A DNA stretch of 64,000 nucleotides from Lama glama (Eukaryota). The notes under the pieces were generated by a model. It did not search any database. It was given only the letters and a program-made list of their open reading frames with translations, and had not been told where the DNA came from. Shown here one piece after another: positions 25,331-38,412 of this stretch (position 1 is the first letter of the stretch; every line of letters starts with the position of its first letter). The position numbers and the translations under genes were made by a program. The DNA lies in the NCBI GenBank assembly GCA_028534125.1, contig CM052817.1:74402001-74466000 (forward strand). Direction: 5' to 3'.

Positions 25331-26391
25331 AAGGAATGAATTTCAAGGAAATAAAAACAAGAAGCCCAATTAAATCAAGGGTTATTACCTCATGAACCAT
25401 TAACTGGTAATGGGAAGCTTCACGAAGGCTTACAAATGAGTTTGACAAATTAGTCAATGCATTGTTTTCTTCCCTATAGAACTTCTAAGGATATGCATTT
25501 AACTTTGGGAGTCTCCTTTACAAGACTGAGAAGTAATAACATTTATCTACACCATAGATTTATGGTGATGATTAATTGACATAATGCAAACATTTGCCTC
25601 AAAAGAAAAAACAACCCTCAATTTTAAATTACTTCTGTTTTTTGTTTTGTTACTTTGACATCTGAGATCATTCAGAGCCACATCAGAAAAGAAAAGAGAT
25701 TTGAAGAGTTCTATTGTTGGAACCAAATCATTGAATTATTTTAGCAAATCTCAGACTACTGATAGAAATGACCCAATTTTCTTTTAAAGGTAAATGATGA
25801 CAATGAATTCCCCAGCTAATTCAGACTACGTAAAACACTACAGAAAATTAGGATATATATGTATTCATCTGGAAACAGATGCAAATTAGATCAAATTCAT
25901 AATTTGATCCAAACAAGGCCCTGAAATAAATGTCCACTTTCTTCAAGTTGGCATTGTAGTAGAAAGGTTCTAAAGGAAAAGAGCATTGTGCCAAAATGTC
26001 TATATCTCCTAGTACTTTGAATTTCAGGATTTAGTCCTCAAAAATTCAGTTGTTCTTTTGCTCTTGAGCCAACTGCGTTGTCCAAAATAGGAATCTTTTT
26101 TATTGTTCATTCTATAGGAGAGGAGAAACATATTAATAGAGAAGATGTCTCTTTCAAAAGTTTGAAAGTCTTTGAAGATTTCTCTTTCAAAAACTATGTG
26201 ACCTGAAATAAACTTTCAATTGTAGAGTATATGAGGAAAAACAGTCAAGGGACTTGTTACTTGGATAGTACTTAAATTAAATAGTCATATGCAAATAGTA
26301 AGTGTTAAATAAATGGTAAAAAAAAAAAGAGAGAGAGAGAGATGAAGATGGTAATAAACAGTCATGGAGCATTAAAGGCCAAAACTGTATT

Positions 26392-26550
26392 GCAGTGTCA
26401 CTCAGTGTGGTTCCTACATAAGCAACTTCATCATCATCAGGCAGCTTGTTAGTAATGTAGACTCTCCGGCCCCACCCTAGACCTTCTGAAACAAGACTTC
26501 TGGGGGAAGGCCCAGAGGAATGAATGCTTTAACAAATTCTCCAGATGGTG
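26392..26550. mobile_element. MER5-family (hAT-Charlie) DNA transposon relic
   Basis: CAGTGTCACTCAGTGTGGTTCC...GCTTGTTAGTAATGTAGACTCTCCGGCCCCACCCTAGACC...TTTAACAAATTCTCCAGATG. Confidence 0.75.
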
Positions 26551-26814
26551 AATAACTTGATTAATTTAAGTATTCTTACAAATTCTGAAAAGTAAACTAG
26601 TAATGTCATCCTTAATTTATATATGAAACAAAGGAAGAACAGGAATGGATTACAGTTTCCCCAAATTGAATGGGAAAGCCAGTCTGAAATAAATTTCTGA
26701 TTCTTAAAATAACTATACCTTAGCTTTCTGTTCTTTTACTTTAATAAGATAGTCATTTATTTCTCCTCTAATGATAAGCTGTTCAGCTATACCAAACCCA
26801 TTCTGTCAACCTTC

Positions 26815-26972
26815 CAAGTAATGTAGTGGAAAATTATAGTTTTGGGGTTTGAATTCTACTTTCATTACTTACAATGGGATTTTGTCCAAGATACTTTACT
26901 TTTGTGAACTTGATTTCTTTTTATGTAAAATGTGGATATTATTAATTATCCCCAAGTTATGAGGCTTAGAGA
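26815..26972 (+). mobile_element. MIR SINE fragment
   Basis: GGGTTTGAATTCTAC...TTTCTTTTTATGTAAAATGTGGATATTA resembles the MIR core. Confidence 0.55.
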
Positions 26973-27699
26973 ATATATAAAGAGACATAGACATATACAT
27001 ATATAGATAAAGAATATGTATTAGAGAATAATATGCATACATATAAATATATTCCTTAATACTTAACTGCCAAATAAATGTTACAATTCTACTCCCAATG
27101 TTTTATCTTCAACTAAGTCCTTTAGCTAGAAAAATGTGTGATTAAATCAATTTTATAGCATTACAGTGACAACTAAACAAGGATCAAGGTAAAAAACTGA
27201 TTTCAAGTATTTGAACTTATATTTTAAACTGTGTTAAAAACTCTAAACTAAATCAAACTTTAATTTGATAAGTATGAATTACTCAGTTCACATACATTTT
27301 TCATGGCCTTATCTTGTGCTAGAATCTGATACGTTAGAAGGATATAACAGTCTTTAACCTCGTGATTGTTTAATCTCAAAGATAATTTTTAAAAGTATAA
27401 TAAAACAGTTTAAAAATTCTTAAGTTCCTTGAATTCAAGATTATGGCACAATCTTTTTATAAATTTCTAATAAATTACAGATTTCTTAAAAGTCTTAAGA
27501 TTATTGATCATGTATAATATTTATTAATATTACATTATATTATTATGATACACATTAATACAGTTACTATTATAAGATATTACAAAAATGATAGTATAGA
27601 TTGATAGGTTAATATAGTATAAATTACTAATTAGAATTGAGTTAGCAAGTACAGATAACTCATGAATTTTTGCTAGGTAGGAGAGCAGAGAAACTGGAT

Positions 27700-28140
27700 C
27701 AATTAATTTTTTGCTTTGCTTTTGTAGATAGAAGGAACTTAAATTCATTTACATGCAGAGGGGAATGATTTTTTAGAGATACAAAAATTAATAGTGAAGG
27801 AGACAAAGGGTAAAATTGTAGGAATCAGGTGCATGAGGAGGGCAGAAGGAGCTCTGGAAGGTGTTGATCTTTGACAGATGTGAGTACTTCAATGCCTGCT
27901 GGAGGATGGATGGTAGAAAACAACGCTGGTAGGTTGGTAAATTTTATATTGGTAATATGAAAGAGAGAATATGGAATTTTGAGGCAAAGTAATGAGCTGG
28001 TGAGGGGATACTGTTAGTTTGAGGGAAAGAGAAATTTTGAAATAGGAGTCCTGAAGAATTGGACACATACTAGAGGAAGGTTAAAGGATGACCAGGCATT
28101 TTTGCATGCCTGTTTTGGATTTGTGGTCATGAATTTAATT
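27700..28140 (-). mobile_element. L2 internal fragment
   Basis: ATGCAGAGGGGAATGATTTTTTAGAGA...AAATTAATAGTGAAGGAGA resembles the L2 ORF2 region in antisense. Confidence 0.5.
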
Positions 28141-28739
28141 TAATCAAGTACTAGCTGCCACTCAGGCACTTGCTTCTGTGTCCACCTACTGGCTGGAATT
28201 TCTTGGACAGTAAATGTTGCCAAACCATCCTTACCCAGCTAGTTGGGACACTGTGAGTGGGACAATCCAGTACTCTCATAGGGTCCTGTCAGTTTCCCCA
28301 GCCTTTTTCTCCTCCAAGGCTGGTTCCCTTACCCTCTCCAGCAAGCGTGAGCACAATTAAATATTGAGAAAGCATATCAATGTATCTCCTCAGCAAGGAG
28401 ACAATGACTTAGTGATTATTTTCTGGCTTTTCTCTCCATCAGGTCCAGGTGATTGGTCAACTGCTGTTGGTGATAAGATAGAAGACATGGTATCAATTCT
28501 ATATGGTCAGTGAAGAGAAGAGTCCCATTCAATATTATAAAATGTTCAGCTATGTTCACTGTTGGAAAAAACAACGTACAACATGCTTTTGAATTCTAAG
28601 AATTTTATCACTGTATGTTGACTGCCACATCTTATTAAATCTAAGAAAATGTGTATAAAGCCTGTGTATAAAGGTGTAAAATAATCAGAGAAGTATTGGA
28701 GGGAAGATGAGGGGAGTAGAGGGTCAGGAAGGATGCAAT

Positions 28740-29110
28740 AACATTTCCCAGAGGAGAATGAAAAACATTCCAGCAAAGGGAATTCTGCATAGAAAGGACT
28801 TGGGCGGGGAGTTTAAGGGACAGAGCCCTTGTAGGAAGTACAAGTACCCTGATAATCCAAAGAGGGTATAAATGGGAACATGTTGGGAGTACCAGAATCT
28901 TGTTAGAGGCCAGATTTTGAAAGTGTTTATATGGAATGCTTAGGAATTGGGCTTTTGTTCACAGGTAATAGCAGCTTCCAAAAGATTTTAAGTAGGGAGT
29001 GGCATGCTTTTCACTGTGTTGCAGAGATTTCACTCAAGTCTTAGTGTGGAATGTAGATTCAAATGCTACAGGCAATATGATCATTTAGGAGGTTAATGAA
29101 ATAGTAACCA
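28740..29110 (-). mobile_element. L2 LINE fragment
   Basis: CATTCCAGCAAAGGGAA...AGGCCAGATTTTGAAAG...GATTTTAAGTAGGGAGTGGCATG. Confidence 0.6.
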
Positions 29111-29739
29111 TGGAGCCCATGAAAGTCCACTCACTGTGAAGCCTAAAACAATGTCTTAATTCAGAACTCTTTATTGCACACCTACTGAGTGGTAGTCCCT
29201 GGGGTGAGCTAACTTCAAAATTGTATAAGATACATTAATCATATTCAATAAAATGTTTTAAAATTATTGTTGATTACAGGAATTTGAAGTTATTAATCAC
29301 TGGCCTTTCCATTACCCAATTTTTAATTCTTCTCATTTAGTGTGGTACTTTTAAATATACATCTGATTTTGCTTGTCACAAGCTTAGCAGGGTTCCAACA
29401 GATTCTGCCAAGCATGACGGCAGCAACATGCCAAGCGTAACAACCACCAGCAACACACACAATCTTCAAGTGTAGAAACTTAGAAACTATGTAACTTTAA
29501 TCACCATCCTGGACATCTCAGAACTAAAAATATGTGAAAAATCCTGGTGGATAAATTTATTAAAGTTGAAACACATGGAGTTTAATTTTAAATTTGTGTA
29601 CTTACATGTTGAAATTGGAAAACAGATATGACTATACTCACAGAAAGCTTTTAAAAAGAACAAGTAGTTCTTTTAAAGTTAGTATGTGATGAAACATTAT
29701 GGAGATGTCGCTCTAACTTAATAAGAATTTTTACTTAAA

Positions 29740-30775
29740 ATGATGTAATAATAAAAGTTTGCAAACTATTTTTACATATGTTTTCTCAATTAAGTGTTAT
29801 AACCTTTGAGGTTATCATGATTACTATTCTACAGATGAAATCATGGCATCTTCAAAAGATTAAACTGCTCATTCAAGGTCATAGTCAGGAATTTGCTGAA
29901 TTAGTACTGTAATTCAGATTTCCTCACTATATATTCTATGTTATTTCTGCTCTGTCACATTGCCTGCCAGAGGGAAATAAATAAATGCTTATTCATCTTT
30001 TCATTCATTCATTCTTCACATGTATTCTTAGTGCTTATTAGTACAAGGCACTGGATTGGGTACTGTGAAATTTATGGTGGTAATAAATCAGTCTTGCTGC
30101 CCAGAGGACTGGCATGGAGGTAAGAGATTCAGTAATAACTGTGAGTGAGGTGGAAAATCATGCCTAATAAGACAGTAATAGAAAGAATTATGTAAGGTCA
30201 TCACTGGGATAAATATTTCTGGCTAAGGAATCATGGAAACCTCCATAGAGAAGGTAATATTTTAGCAGAGTCTTAATGAATGGCTGGCATTTGGGCCAAG
30301 AGAGATAGACCATGAATTCCAAGGAGTAGAAACAGTATGTACAAAAGAAGAGGGGCAGTCAGGTGTAAGATGTGCTTGAGAAACAGTGAATCAGTCTTTT
30401 CTCTGAAGTAGAGAGTCTGAAGATAGGGAGAGAAAGGTAAGGCCAAATTTGTTTTGTTTTTTTGAAGACTAGACTAAAGTGCTTACAAATTTCATAGTAG
30501 GCAGAACAGAGTGATGAAAACAGCAAGGGTTTTGTTGAAGCCACAAGAGTTTAGGTTTCCATACAGGCTCTATTGCTTAGAAGCTGTGTGACCACCAACA
30601 ACTTACATGATTTCTCTTAAACTTTCATATATCATCCATAAAATGAGGACATTGTTAAATATTTCATAAATATTTCTTCAAAATAATAAAAACATTTTAT
30701 CTTCAGCGTGGATGTGAAGATTAAATTACAGGATGTTTGAAAGGCAACTGGCACAAGAAGGCCCTCAGTAAAAAT
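29740..30775. mobile_element. Cluster of MIR (-, ~29740-29930), L2 (-, ~29990-30480) and MIR (+, ~30550-30775) fragments
   Basis: MIR core (ATTCTACAGATGAAA...AAGGTCATA), reversed L2 tail (TTCATTCATTCATTC), and a second MIR core (CATAAAATGAGGAC...GTGAAGATTAAAT). Confidence 0.55.
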
Positions 30776-32309
30776 CACTTTCTTCCCCATTCTGTGCTAG
30801 TCTGTGGGAACAAGGGATGGTGTTTGCTGAGGGTGGTGATGTAACAAGAGTCATGAAACGTGGGGGGTGAATTAGAAGACAGGGAGTAAAGGAGTAGAGA
30901 CAAAAAGTCTCTTTTGCAGCTGAGCACACAGGGAAAGGAATATCTCAATGAGGTAACACTCCTGGGAATATTTAATATCTAGATTGATAAAGGAACGTGG
31001 CAATACTCTAATCATATCAAAGTAAAATATAGAAAAAGATCACATAAAAATTAATTCCATAACATGGTTTAGGAAAAAATCCAAATGCAGCCAAATTTTG
31101 AAATAAAAGTTTTCATACTGAGCTCCTATTAGAAGCAGAGGTCCCAAGCCTTTTTGGTCCTCCCATCTTGGATCTCTGAGAAAAGTCATATGGATGAAAG
31201 AAAATGATCTGAACCTTTGGCACCTGGATACACTTCCACCTTTCAGGACAGCTCAACAGAATTACCTGAATAGGGATTCACTTCAAAGTGCATCTTTTTA
31301 AAAAGACTCATTCAAAGTAGGGACTTTGATCATAAAGGTGTGCCAATAGCTTAACTGACCATGATGCTATGGCCAGAAAAATTCATACGGTCAAAAAGGA
31401 AGAGGCAGCTATTTGTCGAATGGTCTTGCCTATTGAACTCTTTTTGAAATATGTGAGGTTTTAAAACTACCCTCTCCATTTGTTGTTACATTCATTGTCC
31501 AAAGCCAAAGTGAGGCTTGGAAAAACTCTTGTTTCTTCTAAACTTCTAACCATAAATATTTTTCTAAATGTTTATGTATTAACTAAACATTTATGAATGT
31601 GATAAGTGAACTCTTAGTAACTGATATTGTGTACTCTGAGGGTGTAGAACACTACTTAAAACCAGCCCTTGGATAAAAGAAGTGGATGGAAGAGGAAGCG
31701 TGCATGACCCTTGATGATTATGAACTAAGTAGAGGAAAAATGTGTCTATGTGCCACAGGCCTACTCCCCTTCACTTCCTTGAGTCTTTCTCCCATGATAG
31801 TGGCTGAAAGAATTCAATTACTTTTCCGAGTTTTTCAACAGTAGGGTAATTGTTCATTGATAATTTCGTATTTAGAAACACTACCTTTCAAACTCCTGGG
31901 AGACACATTCCCCTAGCTTCTAGAGCCCACTGCAGTCCTCAGAGGCCTCCATGGATCCTGTCTTCCTGGACCAAACCCCCAGCCCTCCTGACTGTGTGCC
32001 TGACTGTACACAGTTTAGATGCAGAAGTTGGCTATGGACAGGCAGGGCGTCCAATTCAATCAGTCTCCAGAAAGAAGCTGTAATTAAAAGTTGACACTTA
32101 ACCATTTCCTAAGAGATTGTCTGGAAAAAAATCCCACTATGCTTTTCAGCCCTTTTTATTTGAGTCTTCATCATAACATCAATCTTTCCAACGTATCTGC
32201 TTTAACTCAGATTCTAATCTCTATATATCTCTATACATTTCTCAGCTCTGATTCAGTCATTCTCCCCTCCTAACTCCCTCTTTCCATAGAGCCTTCTGTT
32301 ACTGAAAGT

Positions 32310-33390
32310 CTGTCATTAGCAAAATCCTCTATGACCTCATCTCTTTCCTGGACATTCTTCCCACCTTCTTCCGCTAGCTGATTGCTTGCTATTCTCTCAG
32401 CCTGGTGCTGACTTGGTGATAACCCCAATTATCACAGAGTCTGAAGCAGGGCTGGGTATCCCTCTAGTTCCTCACTGGCATTTCTACACAGTTTGGCTCC
32501 TGTCTCTTTTTAAAAGTTCAACTTTTTTTAAAAGTGAGGCAACAGACTATAGACTCAATATCTTCCTTGTTAGAGTCTTTTATCCAATTCTAGGCCCTGC
32601 CCTCCCAATCCTCTGTCATAGATGATTCCAGTAACTGGCTCACTGCTTTTTTTTAACTTCAACTTCTCCCTTTATTTTTAATGATTTAAAGATCCACCTA
32701 AGTGATCTATCCAACTCCCTGCCTTTCTAATACCTCACCTTCCTCACATCTAAAGATGTTTTCCTCCATCTCATTTTAGGACCCATTCCCCTATCATTTC
32801 TAAAAACCACACTACTTTTAAAATTTTGACCCCAAGCACACATTACCCCAATTACCATTATCTATCTTTTCAGCTTTCCAAGTTTATTGTAATGTCCTCA
32901 CTTCAACCCTGGACAGACAGTCAATCCATTGACCATGGCACTTTTTTTGAGAACATAAACCCCTTAAAGTCTTCTGCCTTTCTTTGCCTGGTTTAGAGTG
33001 CAAGATCCTACTCTATTCATTTGTCAAAGCTCCAAATCTAGTTAAAGCCACCTCTTCACACAAGCACCTGAACATGGAGCAAGAAAAACAAACAAGTGAT
33101 GACTGGTCTCTGTTTAAATTTATGACCACAAATCTCAAATAGGCTCTCATTGCTGCCTGGTATTTTTACAGCATTTCCCTACTTAATTCACCTTCTCACT
33201 CTCCTGGAAGAATATTTTCTATCTCTGTCTTTAAACCATCAGATCCTTATTCTCATCTAGTGACCTCATTTGTTATTTCATATAGAAAGTAAGATAATTC
33301 AGTAGAGAATTACCTCATATTCTCCAAAATCAAATCTTTCGACCTCTTTGAATCTGTACACCCATACCCTCATGTTTTTCATATTAAAAA
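32310..33390 (+). mobile_element. L2 internal fragment (endonuclease/ORF2 region)
   Basis: Pyrimidine-rich L2-like blocks, e.g. GATGACTGGTCTCTGTTTAAATTTATGACCACAAATCTCAAATAGGCTCTCATTGCTGCCTGG. Confidence 0.65.
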
Positions 33391-33394
33391 GAAT

Positions 33395-34650
33395 AAACTG
33401 GTACAAGTAGAAGGACTTACATTCCGGATATCAGTATTTATTATAAAACTACAGTAGTTAAGAGAATGTAGGATTGGTAAAAGAATAGACAGAGACTAAT
33501 GGAACGGAATAGAGTCCAGAAACAGACCCAAATATGTGCATTTATCTGATTTATAAAAAAAGTGATACTGTAGTAAAGTGGAGAAAGTATGATATTCTTA
33601 ATAAATGTGTGGATCAAATAGATTCACAGATGGAAAAAATATTCTTAAACCTTGACTTATATCATACTACAAATTAATTCCAGATGAATTGTAGATGTAA
33701 ACAGAAAAATAATACAATAAACCTTTAAAAAGGCCATTGTCATGATCCTAATTTAGTCAAAGATATCTAAATAGGACCTAAAGAAAAAGATTATAAATAA
33801 GGCTACAATAAAAATAAAACCCTCTGTTCATCAAAAAACATAATTAAGAGACTAAAGAAGCAAGTTACAGAATGGGAGAAGCTATTTGCAATACAAATAC
33901 TTGACAAAGGAAAAGAATATAAAAATAATCACCACAAATCAATAAGGAAAAGCATTCACCTAATGAAAAAAAGGCCAAAAAACTGAATAAATAACAAGGA
34001 GATATCCAAATAGCCCATAAAAATACGAAAAGATGTTCAATTTCTTTAGTCATCAGGTAAATGCAAATCAAATCATAATGGTATACCAATGCATAACAAC
34101 CAGAATGACTAAAATGAAAAAGACAATGCCAAATGTTGGCCAAGATGTGACACAAATAGAATTCTCCATGCCTTGCTAATGAGAGTGTATAGTGGTAGAA
34201 CCACTTTCAGTAACTGTTGGGCATTATCTATAAAAATGGAACATACACATCCTGATAACCCAGTAATCCTATTTCTTGATAGATACCCAAGAGACATGCG
34301 TACATATGTTCACCAAAAAACATATACAGGTATGTTTATGGTAGCACTATTAATAATGGCCAATGGCCCAACAATGGAAATGACCCATATGTCATTTAAG
34401 AGAATGGATGAATAAATTATAGTAGATTTATACGAAAGAACACTATTCAGTAATGAGAATAAATAAATTGTATCTACAGGCAACAATATGGATATATTTT
34501 CCAAATATTATGTTAAGAGAAATTAGCCAAATATGAAAAAAATACCTTCTCTATAATCCATTTATATGAAGTTCAAAAACAGGTAAAATTAACCTAAGTT
34601 TTGAGAAGTTGGCAGAGTGACTGCCCATGGCGAGAGGCAGGGATTCTCTT
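33395..34650 (+). mobile_element. Old L1M (L1MD/L1ME-like) ORF2 3' part and 3' UTR, antisense to ARSJ
   Basis: AATGGAACGGAATAGAGTCCAGAAACAGACCC, GAATGGGAGAAGCTATTTGCAAT and CCATTTATATGAAGTTCAAAAACAGGTAAAA match the old L1 pattern; frames are broken. Confidence 0.88.
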
Positions 34651-35058
34651 TTAAAAAGAATTAATGTATCAAATATCCTATTACAAATACACACTATTTG
34701 AGTTACCTTTGCATTTGTTAAAAATAATCATTGTGGTATTTCAAGTGGGAAAAATGAATAACAAAATAGTAAAAGTACAAAATTATTGCCCAAGATATAA
34801 ATTCAGCTCATACTGCCAATCTTTCCTACTCTAAAGTCTGCATAAAACACACCTAAATTTTGCAAAACTTATAATTCTCTTTCTGAGGCCTTCACTATAT
34901 TCTCTTTAAAGAAGAAATGATGTCATTTCTCCATGTCTTTATTTTAAAAACTGTAAAAAAAAAAAAAAGTGAGAAAAGTACTTTGTACTAAATGAAACGT
35001 AGGCAGCCACTTTCTCAATCAACCTTTATATCACCAGTTCAACTTTGAACATCTATAG

Positions 35059-35427
35059 CATTGTTTCTCAAAGTCCAGTGTACAGAACCTCTGCATCACT
35101 ACCTTTCTTGGACTCTATTGCCACATTCACATAAAATGGGGATAACAATAGTAACTACCTCCAGGAAGGTTGTAAAGATTAAATGTGATAAAAATGCATT
35201 ATTTTGGAACACAGTAACTGCTCAGTAGATGCTAGCCTTTAGCAGTAACACTCTTAATTTATATTAGTGCTATTATTAGAATAACCTGACACATTTGTTA
35301 AATTTCTATTAATTTCTGGGCTCAACCCCAGACCACTGAAGCTGAATCATTGGTTGGGCTTGGAAATCTGCACTCTAGCTAGCATTTTGGCTGATTCTTT
35401 TTGCACACTCAAATTTGAAAATCAATG
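35059..35427. mobile_element. MER5B-like DNA transposon interrupted by a MIR (35098-35277)
   Basis: TIRs CATTGTTTCTCAAA / TTTGAAAATCAATG. The halves rejoin as CTGCATC|AGAATAACCTG. The insert has the MIR core TAAAATGGGGATAACAATAGTAACTACCTC...GTTGTAAAGATTAAATG. Confidence 0.75.
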
Positions 35428-37830
35428 TCCAGACATTAGGGCTTGCTTACTTGTTCCTCACAGTTCCAATACAGGGATCTGCACACAATGAATGCTTACT
35501 GACAGGCTGACTTATGTTCAATATTGCCAGACTGATATGATGTAAATTATTAAGGAATCTGTAACTTATTATAGATTTATGCAGTATAAGGGAACAGATT
35601 TTTACATATTGACTCCAGCAAAATATAAAAGGAGGGTTGTTTTGTTTAAAGTAAATATCAAAAGTAGCTCCAGCTTCAACGACTTAAATTCTTTCTTTAT
35701 AAATGTGAAGATATTTGAACCCTATCATATTTCACATAACCTATTCTTGCCCTTCATATCCCTTCAGTCCAGTTAGGCATTTTATTGCTTTTCTTTTTAA
35801 CTTTAGAGGATCCAGGAAGCACAGACATGTGCTCATGCAGAGCACAAGTGACCATATCCCCAGCCTTGCATTATTACTATTAGGCCCAGAACTAGGTGTC
35901 CATAGCACTTTCTTTCTTACAGCTGTGTTCATTTAAGAAAAGTTCCAGCAATTTGTTTAAAAGGAGAACCTAAAGTGCAAATGTTTAATTCAACTGTTTA
36001 ATTCAAATAGAAATTTAAGTCAAATCACAGTAGCTATTTGAACTCTTGCCCGTAAGACAGTTACACAACTTGTTGCACTGAACAGAAAAATTTAATAGGA
36101 GAATAAATCTTTTAGTGAGATATTTGCAATGAAAGAACATGAGATTCAACCTTTGACAACAGAGGAAAATGAGGATTTACTTCCACCTTCATTTCTGCTT
36201 CATGTCATTAAGTAAACATAAAGATTAAAAGATAAAACCTAAATATTTTATCAGCACAAGATAATGTTTAGGAGTTAAATGTTCCTGTTTGCTGAAAAGT
36301 CTTAAACATATGCTCCTTTGTGAAAGATAAATTCATATAATTCAGTTACATATTTTTCAGCTACTCTTGGCTACCTGAATAAATCTAAACTCTATAAATT
36401 TAGTTGAAGAGGTTCAGGGAGCCTTTATGGCACATTTATTTCATAAACCACATATAAGAATGTTTGGGATTAGACATGAAGAATTTGACCCCAGGCCACT
36501 GGATGGACTTGCTACTTTCCAGCCAACAATCTGCTCCTTTATAAACATAAATACCCTTGACTTTCTGATGCCACAATTAACCTTTAAAATGACTTCGAAG
36601 TACAGTGAGACTGCTTTTCTCTCTCCTTCTCAAGAGAGGGAAGGATTGGATTTTTTTAACTTTCTGGCAATGATGCTAAGTTCTGACAGTTTGCTAAGCA
36701 GTGGAAATCATGTAGTAAGCAAAAGTCTCTGCAAGACAGAGATTCCTACAAAATAGTCTTTATTTTTCCAATGGATACTGGCTACTTTTATAGGATCCAA
36801 TTCCAAGAACAACTTCACTGAAGCAGGGGTTCCCTAAAACTGAAAATCACAAGATTCATACACTGAAATCACTAAAGCTTTTCTTCTACCTCTGTCCAGT
36901 GGTAGATGGACCACTAGTCTACTGGTCTTCTAGTTTATCTCTATTCCATACACTGAATTTGCACTTTCAAACCATTCACAATAACCTATAATTCTGACAG
37001 GATAGAGTAAAAATATGAAAATGAATAAACATTCTCAAGTGGAAGATTTAGCTATTTAGCAAAGCAATAATAATATTAAAAACACTCTGCTTAAGCATCC
37101 AACTAATCTGACTTTTCTTAGAGCTAATCAGAAAATTCTCCTGGAGGAGCAGCAGAAAACTTATGAAGTTTGACTCGTGTTGAGCATTTACCGTTGTATT
37201 TGTCCCCATCTGAGAACTGCCTTACTAATTACATATTGTCTTTCTTAGTGATCCTGTATGAGGAAATTACCTATCAAAGACTCAAACAGAGTCGTATATA
37301 CAGTGGTCAGATTTTTATACTGCCTTCCATATGTTTCCTTGGCCTCTCTTTTCTCTGTGATTACCTGTAGCTTTGATTATTCAGTTCTAGATTTAAGAAT
37401 GCACCAAGAGTCATGGAAGAATTTTGGTCTGTTTTTCTTATCAATGATGGTGACAGTGAATTCTGTTGTGGCACCAGAAAGAAAACCTAAGCATGCTCAA
37501 AAGCCAAAATAGATTTAGAAAAGGAGAACTCTTCTGGAGACCTCTGGTTGGTAGGTGAGAGTTTACAAGTTCTGATCTCATTTTAAAACCCCCAAAGGCA
37601 TTTTTACAGCAAGCTCTAAAAGCAAATTGAGACTAAACTAGTAAGGAGACTTTCAAGATCATTAAGAGGGCATGCGTTTTAATACCCATCATAACTAAAT
37701 ACATTTTACTCATTCATTCATCCATTTATTCATTCAGTTCCCCATATTTTCTGCTACTTCCTTAAATTAGGAGCTGGATCTTAATAATATGCTTAAGGTA
37801 TGTTCAAGGAATAAATACTGAAGCAGTAAT

Positions 37831-37836
37831 ACTTAC
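37831..37836 (-). other. ARSJ: 5' splice donor of ARSJ intron 1 (phase 2)
   Basis: Minus strand reads ACC GGA AA|GTAAGT, a consensus GTAAGT directly after the conserved sulfatase motif. Confidence 0.92.
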
Positions 37837-38234
37837 TTTCCGGTAATAAGCTGACTCCTGGAGGGTGTGCAAATAGGCTGGACATAGTAGTTCTCCAGTT
37901 TAACTCCTTCCGCAGCAAGCTTGTCAAGAGTGGGAGTCTTTATCTCTGATCCATGGTAACCCACGTCTCTAAATCCCTGATCATCCGCTAGGATGAAAAT
38001 GAGATGAGGCTGGGAGATGGCAGTTATGCTGGGCTCTGGGCTGTCTCCAGCTTGAGGTCGTAAAGCCCCTTCCTCTTCCTGCTCCAAGCCCTGGCCCCAG
38101 GACAGGTAACCATAGGTGAGGAGGCTGAGGACCCAGAAGCCTGCCAGCGCCCCCATGGCTAGCATCTTTCCCGGCCAGACCCAAGCCTGCGAGGGTGGCG
38201 GAGGCAGAGGCCCCGCGCAGCCCCTGGGGGCCAT
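37837..38234 (-). CDS. ARSJ: Arylsulfatase J, first coding exon (codons 1-132 plus 2 nt of codon 133)
   Basis: Translation MAPRGCAGP...[25 protein letters not shown] (hydrophobic signal segment)...[59 protein letters not shown]. It contains the sulfatase metal-binding DD motif and the CxPxR formylglycine motif (Cys122, codon 37871-37869). The N-terminus resembles ARSJ rather than ARSB/ARSI. The exon ends at GGAAA|GTAAGT; the ORF-track stop (TAA, 37835-37833) is intronic. Confidence 0.96.
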
Positions 38235-38302
38235 TCACTTGGGTCGCAGCTGAGACTCCACGAGCAGAACCAAGTACCCTGCGCCGCAGCTGTCGCACAC
38301 AT
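38159..38302 (-). other. Overlapping out-of-frame uORF (47 aa, [27 protein letters not shown]...GRERC*)
   Basis: ATG at 38302 (weak context TGCATGT) stays open across ARSJ Met1 and Met24 to TAG at 38161-38159. The ORF is real in sequence; translation is unproven. Confidence 0.45.
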
Positions 38303-38412
38303 GCACGCAGGAGGTGTAGACCCAACAGGCAATGGAGGGTCTCCACCTGGAAAGAAGTCCTGCGCTCAGCTGTCACCACGTCCGACAGCTTTAATCTTCC
38401 AGAGGTGATGGC

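Larger units (their letters stand above)
1..37836 (-). other. ARSJ: ARSJ intron 1 (partial; downstream exon lies outside the window)
   Basis: No continuation of the sulfatase sequence (expected YQIHTGLQH...) is seen in the ORF track or by eye. ARSJ is known to have one long intron after this exon. Confidence 0.8.

Noticed and set aside
36909..36927. Imperfect palindrome GACCACTAGTCTACTGGTC
   Set aside because: Too short and mismatched to stand out in 64 kb; not pre-miRNA-sized.
37833..37836. ORF-track stop implying a complete 133-aa ARSJ protein
   Set aside because: The TAA is part of the intronic GTAAGT donor; the protein continues in an exon outside the window.
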